Origin: Octopus sinensis
Lineage: Eukaryota
Length of the DNA: 64,000 nucleotides
Assembly (NCBI RefSeq): GCF_006345805.1
Contig: NC_043015.1
Coordinates: 14,508,001 to 14,572,000, forward strand
Reading direction: 5' to 3'
Below are positions 25,561 to 38,289 of this stretch, piece by piece. A model generated the notes under the pieces. It was not told where the DNA came from. It made no database searches and worked only from the letters and a program-made list of their open reading frames with translations. Made by a program: the position numbers and the translations under genes. Positions within the stretch are counted from its first letter, which is position 1. Every line of letters starts with the position of its first letter.

Positions 25561-26595
25561 GCAAAATCTGATGATGTCCTTTTGTCTAAAAAGGAATGAT
25601 GGATATTCCTGTTCATATTCTGTATTTCTGTTTTGTCATTTTGAACCCGAGGAAGACAGACAAACTGTCAAAATATTGTTTACTTCAGTAAACAGAGTCA
25701 GTCTCCATTACAAATCTTATGCTCTTCTTATTGCTTATTGTTATCGTTATTATTGAAATCTGCTATTTTGTCTTTATAGTTCTTCAAATGAAATAATATA
25801 ATTATGCATAATATCCAGAAATACAATGAAACATTTGCAGTGGATTTGATCTGGCATTCTATGAAATTGTTCCAATACCATATCAACTTAAATATAGAGA
25901 TATGGATCTAAAAAATGTTGTTATTTTTAGTTGCGACTATAGTCTAATTAATTTGTCACAAAGTGTGGTAGTACCTATTTTAACATAACTGCCACATGTA
26001 CCACTGGTGTTCATTGCAAACTTCACACAATTGCCATATGCCCCACCGGTGGTTCATTTTCATAATTTGCGAAAATATTTTATTCTGTATCTGTGACATG
26101 GTTTCAAGGATATTTGAATAACATGGGTGCTAAATATTAAAGCAATTGCAGCGTGGAAGGTGTTTGTAAGCCATTTAAGAAACACACAATATTAAAGTTT
26201 AATCATAAAATATTGTAAAAACACACACACAAAAAAAAATTACATTTCGTTGTAATTAAACAGTATGCATTGTGACTGGAAATATGGGGTGCCACTGGTA
26301 AGTTCCAGTAACAGGCCATGGGAGTTGACATGTTTACAAAAATAATCTGATTAGTCGTCCAATTCTGAAAAATTTAAATAGCTTTACAAGCACTATATCT
26401 CTGTATTATTTTAATTTAAATATCTGAAATAAGATTATTCTTTATATTAACCAATTTCAATTATTTCCAATAAGAAATTAAATTAAATGTAAGAGGCTAT
26501 TTTGATATTGAAGTTTCTGAATTTAGTCATTACCAAAACACTTTTCAGTTTTGAAATTTTATTTATTTTTTTTTTTTTTTTTTTTTTATTTTTAG

Positions 26596-26675
26596 GTTGA
26601 TAATAAAATTAAGTGGTCATCTCGATGGGATTACATATTGGATTCTATGTCTCATTCCAACATTCAATGGTTTAG
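26596..26675 (+). CDS. TM9SF2: TM9SF2 exon 6 of 16 ([27 protein letters not shown])
   Basis: Long poly-T tract and tttag acceptor, gtaagt donor; 80 nt; WxSRWD and IQWFS motifs. Confidence 0.96.
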
Positions 26676-26961
26676 GTAAGTCTAAACCAAACAAATATTT
26701 GGCACTAACACTTCATATTAGTTCTGTCAAATACGTTATTTTTTGGTTGTGGGGAGAGAGAAAATAAAGATCATCATGTTGGGAAATTTAATGAATGTTA
26801 TTTGTCTAATTATGGATCATTTTAAAATAATTGGGCATTAAGGTTATTTTTCAACTTCAATTTAATAACAACTGAGTGTTCTTTATTAATATTGTACTAT
26901 ATTTTATGTATTCTAACTTTGGTGGTGTTAGTAATTTCTCCCTCTTAATATTTTCTAACAG

Positions 26962-27070
26962 TATCATGAATTCCTTGATAATAGTCCTCTTCCTCTCTGG
27001 TATGGTAGCCATGATCATGCTGAGAACTTTACATAAAGACATTGCCCGTTACAACCAAATGGACAATGCT
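26962..27070 (+). CDS. TM9SF2: TM9SF2 exon 7 of 16 (IMNSLIIVLFLSGMVAMIMLRTLHKDIARYNQMDNA), TM1
   Basis: aacag acceptor, gtaagt donor; 109 nt; paralogue-diagnostic RTLHKDIARYNQMD. Confidence 0.97.
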
Positions 27071-27167
27071 GTAAGTAAACATTTTTATTTTTTGCTTTTC
27101 TAAATTTTCAAGTTCTGCTTCTCAAATCCTTTTCATTTTAGAAGTATATAATTTGAAAAGAAAGCTA

Positions 27168-27560
27168 AGGGCAGGTGTGGCTATGTGGGTAAGAAGCTTG
27201 CTTCCCACCACATGGTTCCAGGTTCAGTCCCACTATGTGGCACCTTGGGCAAGTGTCTTCTACTATAACCTCAGGCTCACTAAAGTTTTTTGAGTGGATT
27301 TGGTAGACAGAAACTGAAAGAAGCTTGTATGTGTGTGTGAGTGAGTGTGTGTGTGTACCTGTCACCATCGCTTGACAACTGATGCTGGTGTGTTTATGTC
27401 CCCATAACTTAGGAGTTTGGCAAAAGAACCCAATAGAATAAGTACTAGGCTTACAAAGAATAAGTCCTGGGGTCAATTTCATTAATTAGAACCCATTAAG
27501 GCAGTGCTCCAGCATGGCCATAGTCAAATGACTGAAACAAGTAGAAGAATAAAAGAGTAA
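27168..27560 (+). mobile_element. SINE family A, full length
   Basis: Head, internal (GT)n, tail gtcaaatgactgaaacaagta. Confidence 0.88.
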
Positions 27561-27585
27561 ACTTGCTATATTCAATTCAGTTTTT

Positions 27586-28015
27586 GTGCCTGTCCTTACC
27601 TATGATCATGAATATTGAGTAATGATCAGAAGAGTATAGTCGTAAATACAAAGGACTGAAATAGGGTTCCTCCAAAAGCTCTCTGGATTGACATTATTTG
27701 AGAGGGTGCAGGGCTTGGAGATCAAAGAGTCTCTCCAAGTTGAGCCGATACTTCTCTGTACTGAGAAGTCACAGCTCTAGTTTCACAAACGGGTGATTTG
27801 AATGTCATAGGAAAGAATTGCAAGATGGATTATTCAAGCTGAACCAACTGGCAGGAGACCTTGGGGTAGACTAAAATTGAGATGCTTGGATAATATCCAA
27901 AGTCTCAGTTTGTCACACTTGGGAATCCTGACTGAACCCTATGGAGCACATCCTTGAAAATTCTACCCTTATGGCCTTCTCAGAAATGATGGCCGAAGAA
28001 AATGGATGGATGGAT
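27586..28015 (+). mobile_element. Old RTE (Expander/Rex3-like) 3' fragment
   Basis: Degenerate PVLTY.HE...EIGFL...GLTL...EPILL...PTGRRPWGR; ends gaagaaaatggatggatgga. Confidence 0.65.
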
Positions 28016-29068
28016 TCTGTGCTTAAAATAAAAGTATTAATTGTTATAAACTGACACTCTGTTGGTTATGATGGCAAGGGTCCCAGTTGATTCAATCAAT
28101 GGAACAACCTGCTCATGAAATGAATGTGCAAGTGGCTGAGCACTCAACAAAGACGTATATTATTAATGTAGTTCCCAGGGAGATTCAGAGTGTGATATAG
28201 TTAGCCCTTTTGAATTACAGGTACAGCTCAATATAACCAACTGAGTGAACTGAAGTAATGTGAAATAAAGTGTCATGTTGAAGGACACAATAGGTAGTCA
28301 TGAATTGAACTCATGATTGTAAGGTTGTGAGTTGAATACCCTAACCACTAAACCATGAGCCTTCATATTAATTGTTGTATTACATAGGTGTTAAACATAA
28401 GGCCCATAGCCATATCTAATCAACAACAAAATTTTATCTGGCCCTCAGCTCTGTATTTTTGAATTTCAAAATCTTTGGTGAAATATAGATTTCTGGCCTG
28501 CATTCAGAACCAGAGCTTGACTAAAGTCATGATTAACTCTGGTTGTGGTTAGTGAAATCAGTGCACCTTAGGGAATCTTTCGTCATCTCAACCTATGAGA
28601 AAGAAGCTTACGAATCCATAGACTAAAAGTTGCAACCATTTCCACTTCACTTTGTCTATACACACAGTCAAATGGAATTTTCTTTTCTTTTCAAGTTTAT
28701 GTACATGTTTATTTAAATGGATTCTACTGATATGAATGACATTGAAAGGTTTTACAGATGAAATGATGTGCGTTTTCTATCAAACATTGGTGGTTACCTC
28801 AAGAATTATATGCATTCCTTTGGATAATTTCTACCTCATTCTTACTCTAAGGACTTTTACTTAATAGAATTATATATGCACAAACATACACATATCCAAT
28901 GCTTAAAAAGTATAGCATGTTTCAATACTTCAAAATTTCTCAATAAAGTTATTACTATAATGTATAACACTCTAACAAAGCCATGACAGAAATTATCTAT
29001 ATTAATATATGATTGTGTATGTTGTGAGTATACTAGTATACTGTGTGGGATGTGTGTGTGTGTGAGCG

Positions 29069-29132
<64 letters not shown>

Positions 29133-30277
29133 ACTTTCCTGTTATTACATGACATGAGGGTTTGACATTTCCTTACTGAACAACCATACAGATGATTTGT
29201 TTATAGTGATCAAATGTTTGTGTGGACAAGCTCACTAGTCAGATCAACATTAACTATACGGGTGCAATGGGTGCCACATGTCAGATGTCGAAATGATTGC
29301 TGAGCAACATGAAATGAAGTGCTTTGCTCAGGAACACAATGCAACACCTGGTCTGGGAATCAAACCCGTGATCTTGCACTCTTGAGTGTAAAACCTTAAC
29401 CACTAAGCCATGTACCTTCACACACACACACACACATATATATATGCATGTGTATGTATTTCTGCATGCATGTATGAGTTGTAAATATAAGTGCATGAGC
29501 ATTTATGTGTGTATCTATGTTTGCATTTTTTTATGCAGGCATTTATACACATGTGAGTATATATGTATGTGTGTGTATGTAATATATATATATATATATA
29601 CTACAAAATTAGAAAATGGAGAAACATACTTAAATCAATAAAACATCAACTATCAGATGATACCCAATCAATACTTTATTACACCATTACATATCAGTAA
29701 AGGCATTATACAAAATATACAGTAAATATTAAGGTTCTCATTTTATCACCAAAATTAAGCAACATTGATCCTAGTTAGTATTTAGATGGGTGGCTGCTTG
29801 GGAAACCTAGGTACTATAAACATCTTTTGTTCCTACTGGCAGTGCCCCACCACAGCCACAACTTTTGGTCTGAAATGTATAAGGAACATATGTATATATG
29901 TATGTAAATATATATATTTTTTCTATATGTAGGTGTGTGGATATGTGTGTATATATATGTTTGTGAATATGACTATTTGTGTATGTATATCAAAATATGA
30001 TTGGGTAGGGGTAGGGGACAGTCGGATTGAAGGAATAAAAAAAAAGCAGAGACAAAGTGAAAGGTACAGGGGAGATAAACGAGTGGGGAAGTAGTGGGAG
30101 TTAAAGAAAAAGAGAGCCAAGAAATGTGAGAGAGGGGGTGTGAGAAAAAGGAAGGAAAATGAGGGGGAATAGATGGACATTAAACAATGACGATGATATA
30201 TATATGGACAATGGACATTAAATGATGATTTGCTTTCAAAGATTCTTGAAGTGAAATCTTGCTTTGAAACAGATATT

Positions 30278-30434
30278 GTTATACTTGGCGATGGTCATAT
30301 TTTGCTAATTAAACACATGCACTATATATTTGGTTTTTACTTCAGCTTTATTATTCTTATTTTAGTAATAAAGCTGAAGTCATGGCCATAGTGTGTATGT
30401 CTAATTGGCAATATACGACCACCCCAAGTATAAC
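30278..30434. repeat. About 155-bp fold-back hairpin
   Basis: Perfect 15-bp inner stem acttcagctttatta/taataaagctgaagt plus imperfect outer arms. Confidence 0.85.
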
Positions 30435-30589
30435 TGTGTGTGTGTGTATTAAGGCTACCATTGGTTTCATGTTAAGAAAATATCTTAACAATTACTCAAA
30501 TAAAGAAATGTGGTGTTGAGCACGCATTCTCATTGTTCGACATTTACGTATTTCATTATCGTCATCATCATCATTTAATGTCCGATTAT

Positions 30590-30647
30590 ATATGAGTATG
30601 TACATACTTGTGTGTATTTATGTATGTGTATGTATGTATGTATGTAT

Positions 30648-30695
<48 letters not shown>

Positions 30696-31645
30696 GTGAA
30701 TGTATGTAGATGTATGTATATACGTGAATGTATGTAGATGTATGTATGTATGAATATAACGCGTGCGTGCGTGTATGCGTATGAGTGTACGAATGAGTGA
30801 GTGTACGTGCTAAAGAGTGTGCGTGAGTGAATGAGTAATTGTTTTCCAGTAGACAGATAAATGGTCTGGCTGTCATAGCCAAGATGTTTGTGACCAAGCG
30901 GCCAAAGATAACAAAAGTAATAAACGAAGATAATAAAATTAAAATTAGGGAATGGGTCTGTATTTGTATATGTATATATATGTGTGTATGTGTAGGTATG
31001 CATGGGTACACATATGTATATATATGTGTATATATATATATGTGTATGTATATATATGTGTATATGTATGTGTATGTATGTATATATATATGTGTATGTA
31101 TGTGTATGTGTGGGTGTATATATATGTGTGTATGTGTATATATGTGTATATAGGGACTAGTGTGCTGTGTGTGCATGTGTGTGTATGGATTTGTGTGTGT
31201 ATGCGTGTATGTGAGTAGATGTGTGTGTATGTGTATATATATATTTTTCTGTGTGTATATGTATGTGTATGTGTGGGTGTATATATATGTGTATATATAT
31301 ATATGTGTATGTATGTGTATGTATGTGTATGTGTGGGTGTATATATATGTGTATATATATATATGTGTATGTGTAGATATGTATATGTATGTGTGATTGT
31401 ATATATATGTGTGTATGTGTAGAGGTATAAGTGAGAATCTCCTTATTTACCTAAAACTCTATTCCCCCCCTTTATATATATATATATATAATATATATAT
31501 ATATATTTTTATTTTTTTATTTTTATTTTTTTATTTTTTATATTTTTTTATTTTTTATTTTCTATTTTTTATTTTTTATTTTTTATTTTTTATATTTTAT
31601 ATTTTTTATTTTTTATTTTTTATTTTTTATTTTTTTATTTATTCT
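30590..31645. repeat. Compound (TA)/(TG)/(TATG) microsatellite with a 60-bp higher-order period, followed by a (T5-6A)n tract
   Basis: Lines starting 31261 and 31321 are identical over 52 nt; T-rich repeat at 31505-31640. Confidence 0.95.
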
Positions 31646-31937
31646 CCTATCTAATTTAACACTGACTCCTTGACCACTCCCCCAAGTATGATTTTTTGCG
31701 CTATGCCTACCCCCAAAAAGTCCCCCACCAACACCCCTTTAAACCTGCCTAAATGTATAAATGCCAATACAATTCTTGTTAACTAGCTTCCTGAAGATTT
31801 CTCTTGAATGAAACAGTTCTAGTCCTGTAGAAGCTCCTTCTATATAATAAATTAATTTTACTCTGCTATGTATTGAGTACCTTATTTACTGTGGTTAACC
31901 CCGAATCAACCCGGGACCTACATATATATATATATAT

Positions 31938-31992
<55 letters not shown>

Positions 31993-32794
31993 TATATCAT
32001 CATCATCATCATCATCGTTTAATGTGTGCTTTCCACACTGACATGGGTGGGATGATTTGACAGGAGCCAGCCAGGTAGAAGCCTGCAGCAAACTTCTGTG
32101 ACTGTTTTGGCAGGATTTTTATAGCCGGATGCCCTTCCTAACACCAACCACTCAGAGTGGTCTATATAGATATATATAGACACACACATTCATACATACA
32201 TATATATGTATACATACACATGTTTCTTTGTTAAGATAGTTGTTATAATGTATTGATCCAATATATCTTAGTATTTAGATCTACATTATGAATAAAGTTT
32301 TAGAAATAATTGTCCATATTTTGATCACAAGGCAAAACAAGTTTGAAAGTAGTGTTAAAGTAGAAAACCCTTTACAATATTATGCTCTGTTAAATTTCTG
32401 AAGTATATAACTAAAAAACATAAAAGTCAGCTAATCACAAAGAGAGCCTCTACAATGTCACTTGACCTTTATCTGTCACAGATAGCAGCCAAATCATACG
32501 TGAATCACATCCTCTTGAAAAAGAGAAGGCGCATTGAATACCATTAAAAAGACTAGATGAAATGTTTTAGTCAAAGATTTGTTCAATTTTGTGTAACTTG
32601 AGTCTTAACAACAAATTCAGCCCATTTAGGTTAGATCTGTCAATTGCTATCTGGGTCTTATCAGATTTAGCATAACAGGTCTTCTTACTTGTTACTTTAT
32701 TCATTGCAGTTTTATATGAAATGTGAATAACATTTGCTTCAGTAGCTAAAACAGTTTTTTCTCTTTCATACCGACATTTTGTATATTGATGTAG

Positions 32795-32927
32795 GAAGAT
32801 GCTCAAGAAGAATTTGGCTGGAAACTGGTTCATGGAGACGTGTTCAGACCCCCAAGGAAAGGGATGCTTCTCGCTGTTATTAATGGAAATGGCATTCAGA
32901 TATTTTTCATGACTTTGATAACTTTAG
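32795..32927 (+). CDS. TM9SF2: TM9SF2 exon 8 of 16 ([26 protein letters not shown]...)
   Basis: tgtag acceptor, gtaaca donor; 133 nt; [13 protein letters not shown] motif. Confidence 0.97.
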
Positions 32928-33499
32928 GTAACAGTTATGTCTTTCTGCTCCATGTGTATTCTGTCCAAACTGTGTGTATTAAATTTTATGTTTACTATTG
33001 TTATATATGTGACACAAGAGTAGTAAATTCTTGACAACTGGAATCAGTCTATAATTCCATGTGGAATAATCTTGAAAACTTCAAGACAGTTTTCATTCTT
33101 CACGACTGTGTGTGCATATGATGTATGTATTGTATTATTTTGTTAGTTCTTTCTTTGGGATTTATTAAAAGCTTTTTGCTTTGCAGAATTCAAGCTGGTC
33201 TTTAGCAAAGTGGCAAGGTTTTAAGTTGGGACTTGTGGATATGCAAATAGGTTAATATGTACATATATGAGATGTGTGCGTGCATGTGTGTGGATAAACT
33301 TGTTTTGTAGTGGTTGTGGATGTCACTTTAGTACACAAGTGTATATACTTTATTACTGTTTATGTATGTGTACATGTGATGGTTTATGTGTGTTTAGCCT
33401 AGGAACCTGAAATGGAGAATCCCTGGAATGTTTTACAGCATTCATTGTACTACTAATCAGTTGTATTTTGGAAATGTGAATTAGTTTGCTTTGTTCTTC

Positions 33500-34330
33500 T
33501 CTAGGAGAGCCCTATCATTTCTCGGCTTTTATGCAAATCTGTTGTTGCATAGCCTAGTTCACCTATGATAATAGACAAGTGAAAATCTTTAGCCAGAATG
33601 TAAGATCTTACAAGTTATATGAAATATAAGTTTCTCATCAGTTTTCCGTTGAGATTCTTCTGTTCCCTAATTTTTGATGAGACATTTACATTTGCCAGGT
33701 AGCTGATCTCTACAAGAGTGCATGACATTTGTTCTCTGTTCCATTGAATAATATCAGGCCTATTGTATGTACACCAGGTTGATGTTTTTATTGGAGTATT
33801 CCACCATATACTTTATTTTTAAAAGTGTGGATATGTTCTGGTTCCTGAGAATAATATTTTAGATGGCTTTAACAACACTGTAAAATCTCATGGTAAGGTT
33901 GTATTTTGAACTGCTGATGATGAAGTGGGTAATATCTTCCCTATTGGTAGGCATAATCAATATTTCCTATCAAGACCTGGAGGTTAGAGGCATCCCCCAT
34001 CACTCCAGTTGATCAGGTATTTAGTTTCTATCTCTTGTTCCTATATAGCCTTCTTGATGAGATGTGATGTATTTATCAAAGGTCCAGGAATGTCCACTAT
34101 TCTTGTCAGTGTTGTTGGTTTTCTATTGCTTACAGATATGCATAACTTTCTGCTAGTATTTCTCCATCAAGTTTCTGTTTAAGTAGGTCGGTTCAGGTAT
34201 CCTTCATAACTTTTTTATGTAACAACTGACAATGAATGGATTAACAATGTCTTCATTTAATTATGACCAGTGTCTTGTCAACTGGAAACTAGTATCATAG
34301 CATGTTTTCTATGCAAGACAGTTGATAGGC
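33500..34330 (-). mobile_element. Decayed RLE-class LINE C-terminal fragment
   Basis: AI*EQEIETKYL and IWWNTPIKT...YNRPDIIQWNRE...CTLVEIS peptides. Confidence 0.65.
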
Positions 34331-34439
34331 GGAACACAGGAAACATAGTTAAGCTCAAGATTATTTTGAATACTAACTGATTGAATATGTTGTTGAATAA
34401 AGTTCTCTCACTGTTTTTTTACTTTTTCCACATTTTTAG

Positions 34440-34501
34440 TATTTGCTTGTCTTGGCTTCCTTTCACCTGCCAACCGAGGAGCTCTTATGACTTGTGCAAT
34501 G
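34440..34501 (+). CDS. TM9SF2: TM9SF2 exon 9 of 16 (VFACLGFLSPANRGALMTCAM)
   Basis: tttag acceptor, gtaagt donor; 62 nt; LGFLSPANRG motif. Confidence 0.95.
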
Positions 34502-34840
34502 GTAAGTTTGTATCACATTTTAAAAAGTAGTTTTAGTGAAATATTAGTAATTACTATTAATAATTAGTATATAGTGAGAACAATAATATCTGAGAATTTG
34601 TTTGTTGTTTTTTAAAAGTGCTAATTAATGCAAATGAAAAGCAGGGTCTGTTGATGAGGTGGTGGGGACCAGCTGAAATTGAGACTATAACCTTATTGAA
34701 CTGAGTTGACAAGTATCATCTGTAACATTTTGCCTCTCTAAGATGTTTTATCTTTGGATTCTGAGGAATTGGTCTTCATCAACAACAAGTGAGAGAAGGG
34801 ATTAGGCTTGTTGGTGTAGTTAAGGGATAATTCTCTTTAA

Positions 34841-35054
34841 CCCTTTCATTACTGTATTTATTTTGTGATGCTCTGTGTTTCTTTCAATTACTTTGATTAT
34901 AACAAAGAACTTAGTAAAATAACTTAGTTATCACTCAGCTAGTATTAGGAACATAAATTGTGACTAAGGTTTCATGGAAGATTTTAATTCAAAATTTATG
35001 AAAACAAGACATTTGTACTCAGAGCCAGTTTCAGCCAGGTTGGTAATGAAAGGG
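34841..35054. mobile_element. piggyBac-type MITE, full length (214 bp)
   Basis: TTAA on both sides; perfect 12-bp TIR ccctttcattac/gtaatgaaaggg. Confidence 0.88.
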
Positions 35055-35737
35055 TTAAGCCAGAAATAAAAGAATACTGATAACAAAATTCATAATATTA
35101 TGAATTTTGTTTTCAATTATATAATCCCTTACACCTAAATGAACTAGGCTACTAAGGGATTACTAAGGGACTGGGTTATGCTTTAACAATCTGGACAAAA
35201 TCCCAATGACTCTGCCAGCTGTGACTTTTGAGCTTTGCTATAATATTGACTCACTATATAATCTAACAAATTTAACTGTACATAGAAAGTGATTATTTTA
35301 TTAGTGAAGTTAGATGCTTTTCATGAAGTGTTTTATTTTAGGAATATGTGCAAAGAAACTTTGTGCACCCTCTTTGTTATATAACAGAATCATTTTTATT
35401 TCACCATAAGTTTTTCTGTTGTTTAATGCATTACATTTATAGTTGTATCTCTGTACATTATATTCATAATTATAAATACTAGTAGAGGGAAAATGTTTGA
35501 ATTGAAAGTGTATTTCATCTGCCTCTGATGGGACATATTTTATGTCTTGTAAGTACATTTAAATTTATGTAACAAATGTCTTTTTTTAAAAGTTCCTGCT
35601 GAGTTCACCTTGATTTTTTTCTAAAGTATTTGTCATTGTATCTGCAGGTTATAGCAATTTGATTTATGTATGTTCTGTTTGATGAATTTGAAAATACTTG
35701 TAGCTTTGTATTTCATATCTTTCTGTTTTCTTTAAAG

Positions 35738-35795
35738 GTTTTATATGTTTGTCTTGGGACACCAGCTGGATTTATTTCTGCAAGAATTTACAAAA
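35738..35795 (+). CDS. TM9SF2: TM9SF2 exon 10 of 16 (VLYVCLGTPAGFISARIYK)
   Basis: taaag acceptor, gtgagt donor; 58 nt; LGTPAG motif. Confidence 0.94.
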
Positions 35796-35881
35796 GTGAG
35801 TTATTCATGATATTAAGAAAAAAAAAAATTTCAACATTTATAAGGTTAATAGTAGCAGTTTAGAAGTATAAATAAATTGTA

Positions 35882-36430
35882 TATTGGCTGTAAGGTAAGT
35901 AGCTTACTTACCAACCACATGGTTCTAGGTTCAGTCCCACTTCAAAGCTCCTTAGACAAGTGTCTTCTACTATAATCTTGAGCTGACCAAAGCCTTGTGA
36001 GTGGATTTGCTAGGCGGAAACTGAAAGAAGCTCGTAATATATGTGTGTCAGTGTGTCCCCCTCACCATCACTTGACAACCGATGTTGGTGTGTTTACGTC
36101 CCCGTAACTTAGCAGTTCGACAAAAAGACCAATAAAATAAGTACTAGGCTTACAAAGAATAAGTCCTGTGGTTGATTTGTTTGACTAGAGGCAGTGCTCC
36201 AACATGGCTGCAGTCAAATGACTGAATCAAATAAAAGAAAATTCAAAAGTTTCGAATTGCTATCAAATCTTTTAATATTACTATTGCTTTTCAAATTCTG
36301 CAGAGGTTGGCTTTGTCTTTCGTCCTTTCAGGGTCGATAAAACAAGTACCAGTTGAACACTGTGGGCTGGTGTAATCAACTTACTCCCTCCCCTGAAATT
36401 GCTGGCTTTGTGCCAACATTTGAAACCAAT
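35882..36430 (+). mobile_element. Adjacent family A and family B SINEs
   Basis: Homology to both families. Confidence 0.82.
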
Positions 36431-36540
36431 ATTACTATTTCTTTTTGTGTTAGTTTGTAAATATAAATTTTTTGCAACTTTCTTCTGATTTTGCTGTCAT
36501 TTTATTTTGTCATAACTGCATTTAATTTTCTCTTAAATAG

Positions 36541-36598
36541 TGTTTGGTGGTGAAAAGTGGAAATCAAATGTTCTATTGACTGCATTCCTTTGCCCAGG
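36541..36598 (+). CDS. TM9SF2: TM9SF2 exon 11 of 16 (MFGGEKWKSNVLLTAFLCPG)
   Basis: aatag acceptor, gtaagt donor; 58 nt. Confidence 0.96.
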
Positions 36599-36725
36599 GT
36601 AAGTATGAGTAAATATTACAAGTGGTATTTTTGAATAGAAATGTTATCTCTCAGGTTGTTAGCAATCTGAATATAAATGTTTGAAAGTATTATTTGAACT
36701 GAATGGAATCTGGTTTTATTTACAG

Positions 36726-36885
36726 AATCGTCTTTAGTATGTTTTTCCTGTTGAACTTGATTCTTTGGGGTAATGGCAGCAGTGCAGCCATACCATTTAC
36801 AACCCTCCTGGCACTCTTGGCACTTTGGTTTGGAATTTCTGTACCACTTACATTTATTGGGGCTTACTTTGGCTTCAAGAAAAGA
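36726..36885 (+). CDS. TM9SF2: TM9SF2 exon 12 of 16 (IVFSMFFLLNLILWGNGSSAAIPF...FGFKKR)
   Basis: tacag acceptor, gtaagt donor; 160 nt; SSAAIPF and ISVPL motifs. Confidence 0.97.
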
Positions 36886-37751
36886 GTAAGTACACATTTT
36901 CTTTTTATAAGTGGAATATTATTTATTTGATTATTAAGTCAACCCAGTCATTGATTTATGGTTTCTATGACATAATGCTTTTCCTATCACCACCCACTTT
37001 ATAGTGTGTACTGGGTGAATTTTGCTGTATCACTGGCACCAGAGAAGTTGTCTCATATGGGAAGACTAAAAAGTCCCTTTTATTTTGTATCATTTCTTAT
37101 TCAGTGCCAAATATTCAAAGATGGGTAGTCTGTGACATACTTTACAGGATGCACATCTCATTCATACATTCCAATGGTTTTTGGTTTCTATTGCTGGATG
37201 CACTCCTATCACCAGCCATTTTACATTATGTATTGGGTGCATTTTTTTACAGCCTTCCAAGTTGGTAAACTGGATGAAATGTGTCTTATAGTCATTCCCT
37301 CATTTTTGGTGTGGTTATTACTGCTAGATGCACTTGCTATCTCTAACCATTCTACATCATAGGCTGGTTGCATTTTACCATGCCACTAGCACTGAAGGCA
37401 CTAGCTAGAGTAAGATGACACCCATTTCATTTAAGTTTTCAGGGGAATAGGGGAGAAACCCCTTCTTGGGGTGGGGGTTAATAAAAAATGGGCATAAAGT
37501 TGCTTGTTGATGGCTGATGCTGTTTCCATAATATAAGGTTGCAAGTCTTAACATATTGGCATCTAAGCTAATAGACTAACACTAGCTGAGCCTATCTTGT
37601 TAAAATAGGTGGTGAGGGTGGGAAATTTCTGCTTCTTATATAAGCCATTTTTTCTTCTTTTTTTTAATGTTTCTGTTTGTAAATATATATTTTAGTGAGT
37701 TAAAATGTGATATCAAACAGTTTTATAAGATTGTTTTAACTGCCATTTCAG

Positions 37752-37903
37752 CCTATAGAGCACCCTGTGCGCACTAATCTGATTCCACGCCAAATCCCAG
37801 ATCAGTCTTTCTATACAAAGCCTTTACCTGGCATTATCATGGGAGGAGTGTTACCATTTGGCTGTATATTTATTCAGCTATTCTTCATTTTAAACAGTTT
37901 ATG
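37752..37903 (+). CDS. TM9SF2: TM9SF2 exon 13 of 16 (PIEHPVRTNLIPRQIP...GGVLPFGCIFIQLFFILNSLW)
   Basis: ttcag acceptor, gtaagt donor; 152 nt. Confidence 0.97.
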
Positions 37904-38289
37904 GTAAGTTACATTTTCATCTCTTTTACTCAGACTTATTCAGACATCAGAATATATTTATATTCATTCCTTGTATAGATTTCTTCAAGTTTTGGACATT
38001 TTGAAAACACACACACAAAATACCTAGGAATTTTTCAGAAAATGCTAATTAAGGTATTCTTGCAACAAGTTTAAAATACTTGGTCTGGACAAATTTATAA
38101 ATAACAGGGTATCCAGTATGAGTGTACACAAGTTTTTTTTCACATCATATATTGAGCACACACAGTAAATTTCAATGTACAATGCATATTTCTTCTGGTA
38201 ATATATGCTATCTGATCAAAAGTATCAGAACTAATGAGTAATCTAACTAATAATCTCATAAACAAGTGATCAAATGTTATATTTAATTG

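Noticed and set aside
30575-31654. Many long ORFs rich in H/T/Y/I or C/V/M/Y in the ORF track (also about 4862-5235, 16468-16828, 42915-43241, 47847-48122)
   Set aside because: They are translations of (TA)/(CA)/(TG) microsatellites that lack stop codons, not genes.
32882-32893. AAT GGA AAT GGC (NGNG) where many TM9SF2s have GSG; AAT>AGT would be an A-to-I recoding
   Set aside because: GNG occurs in other TM9SF proteins, and no RNA data are available to support editing.
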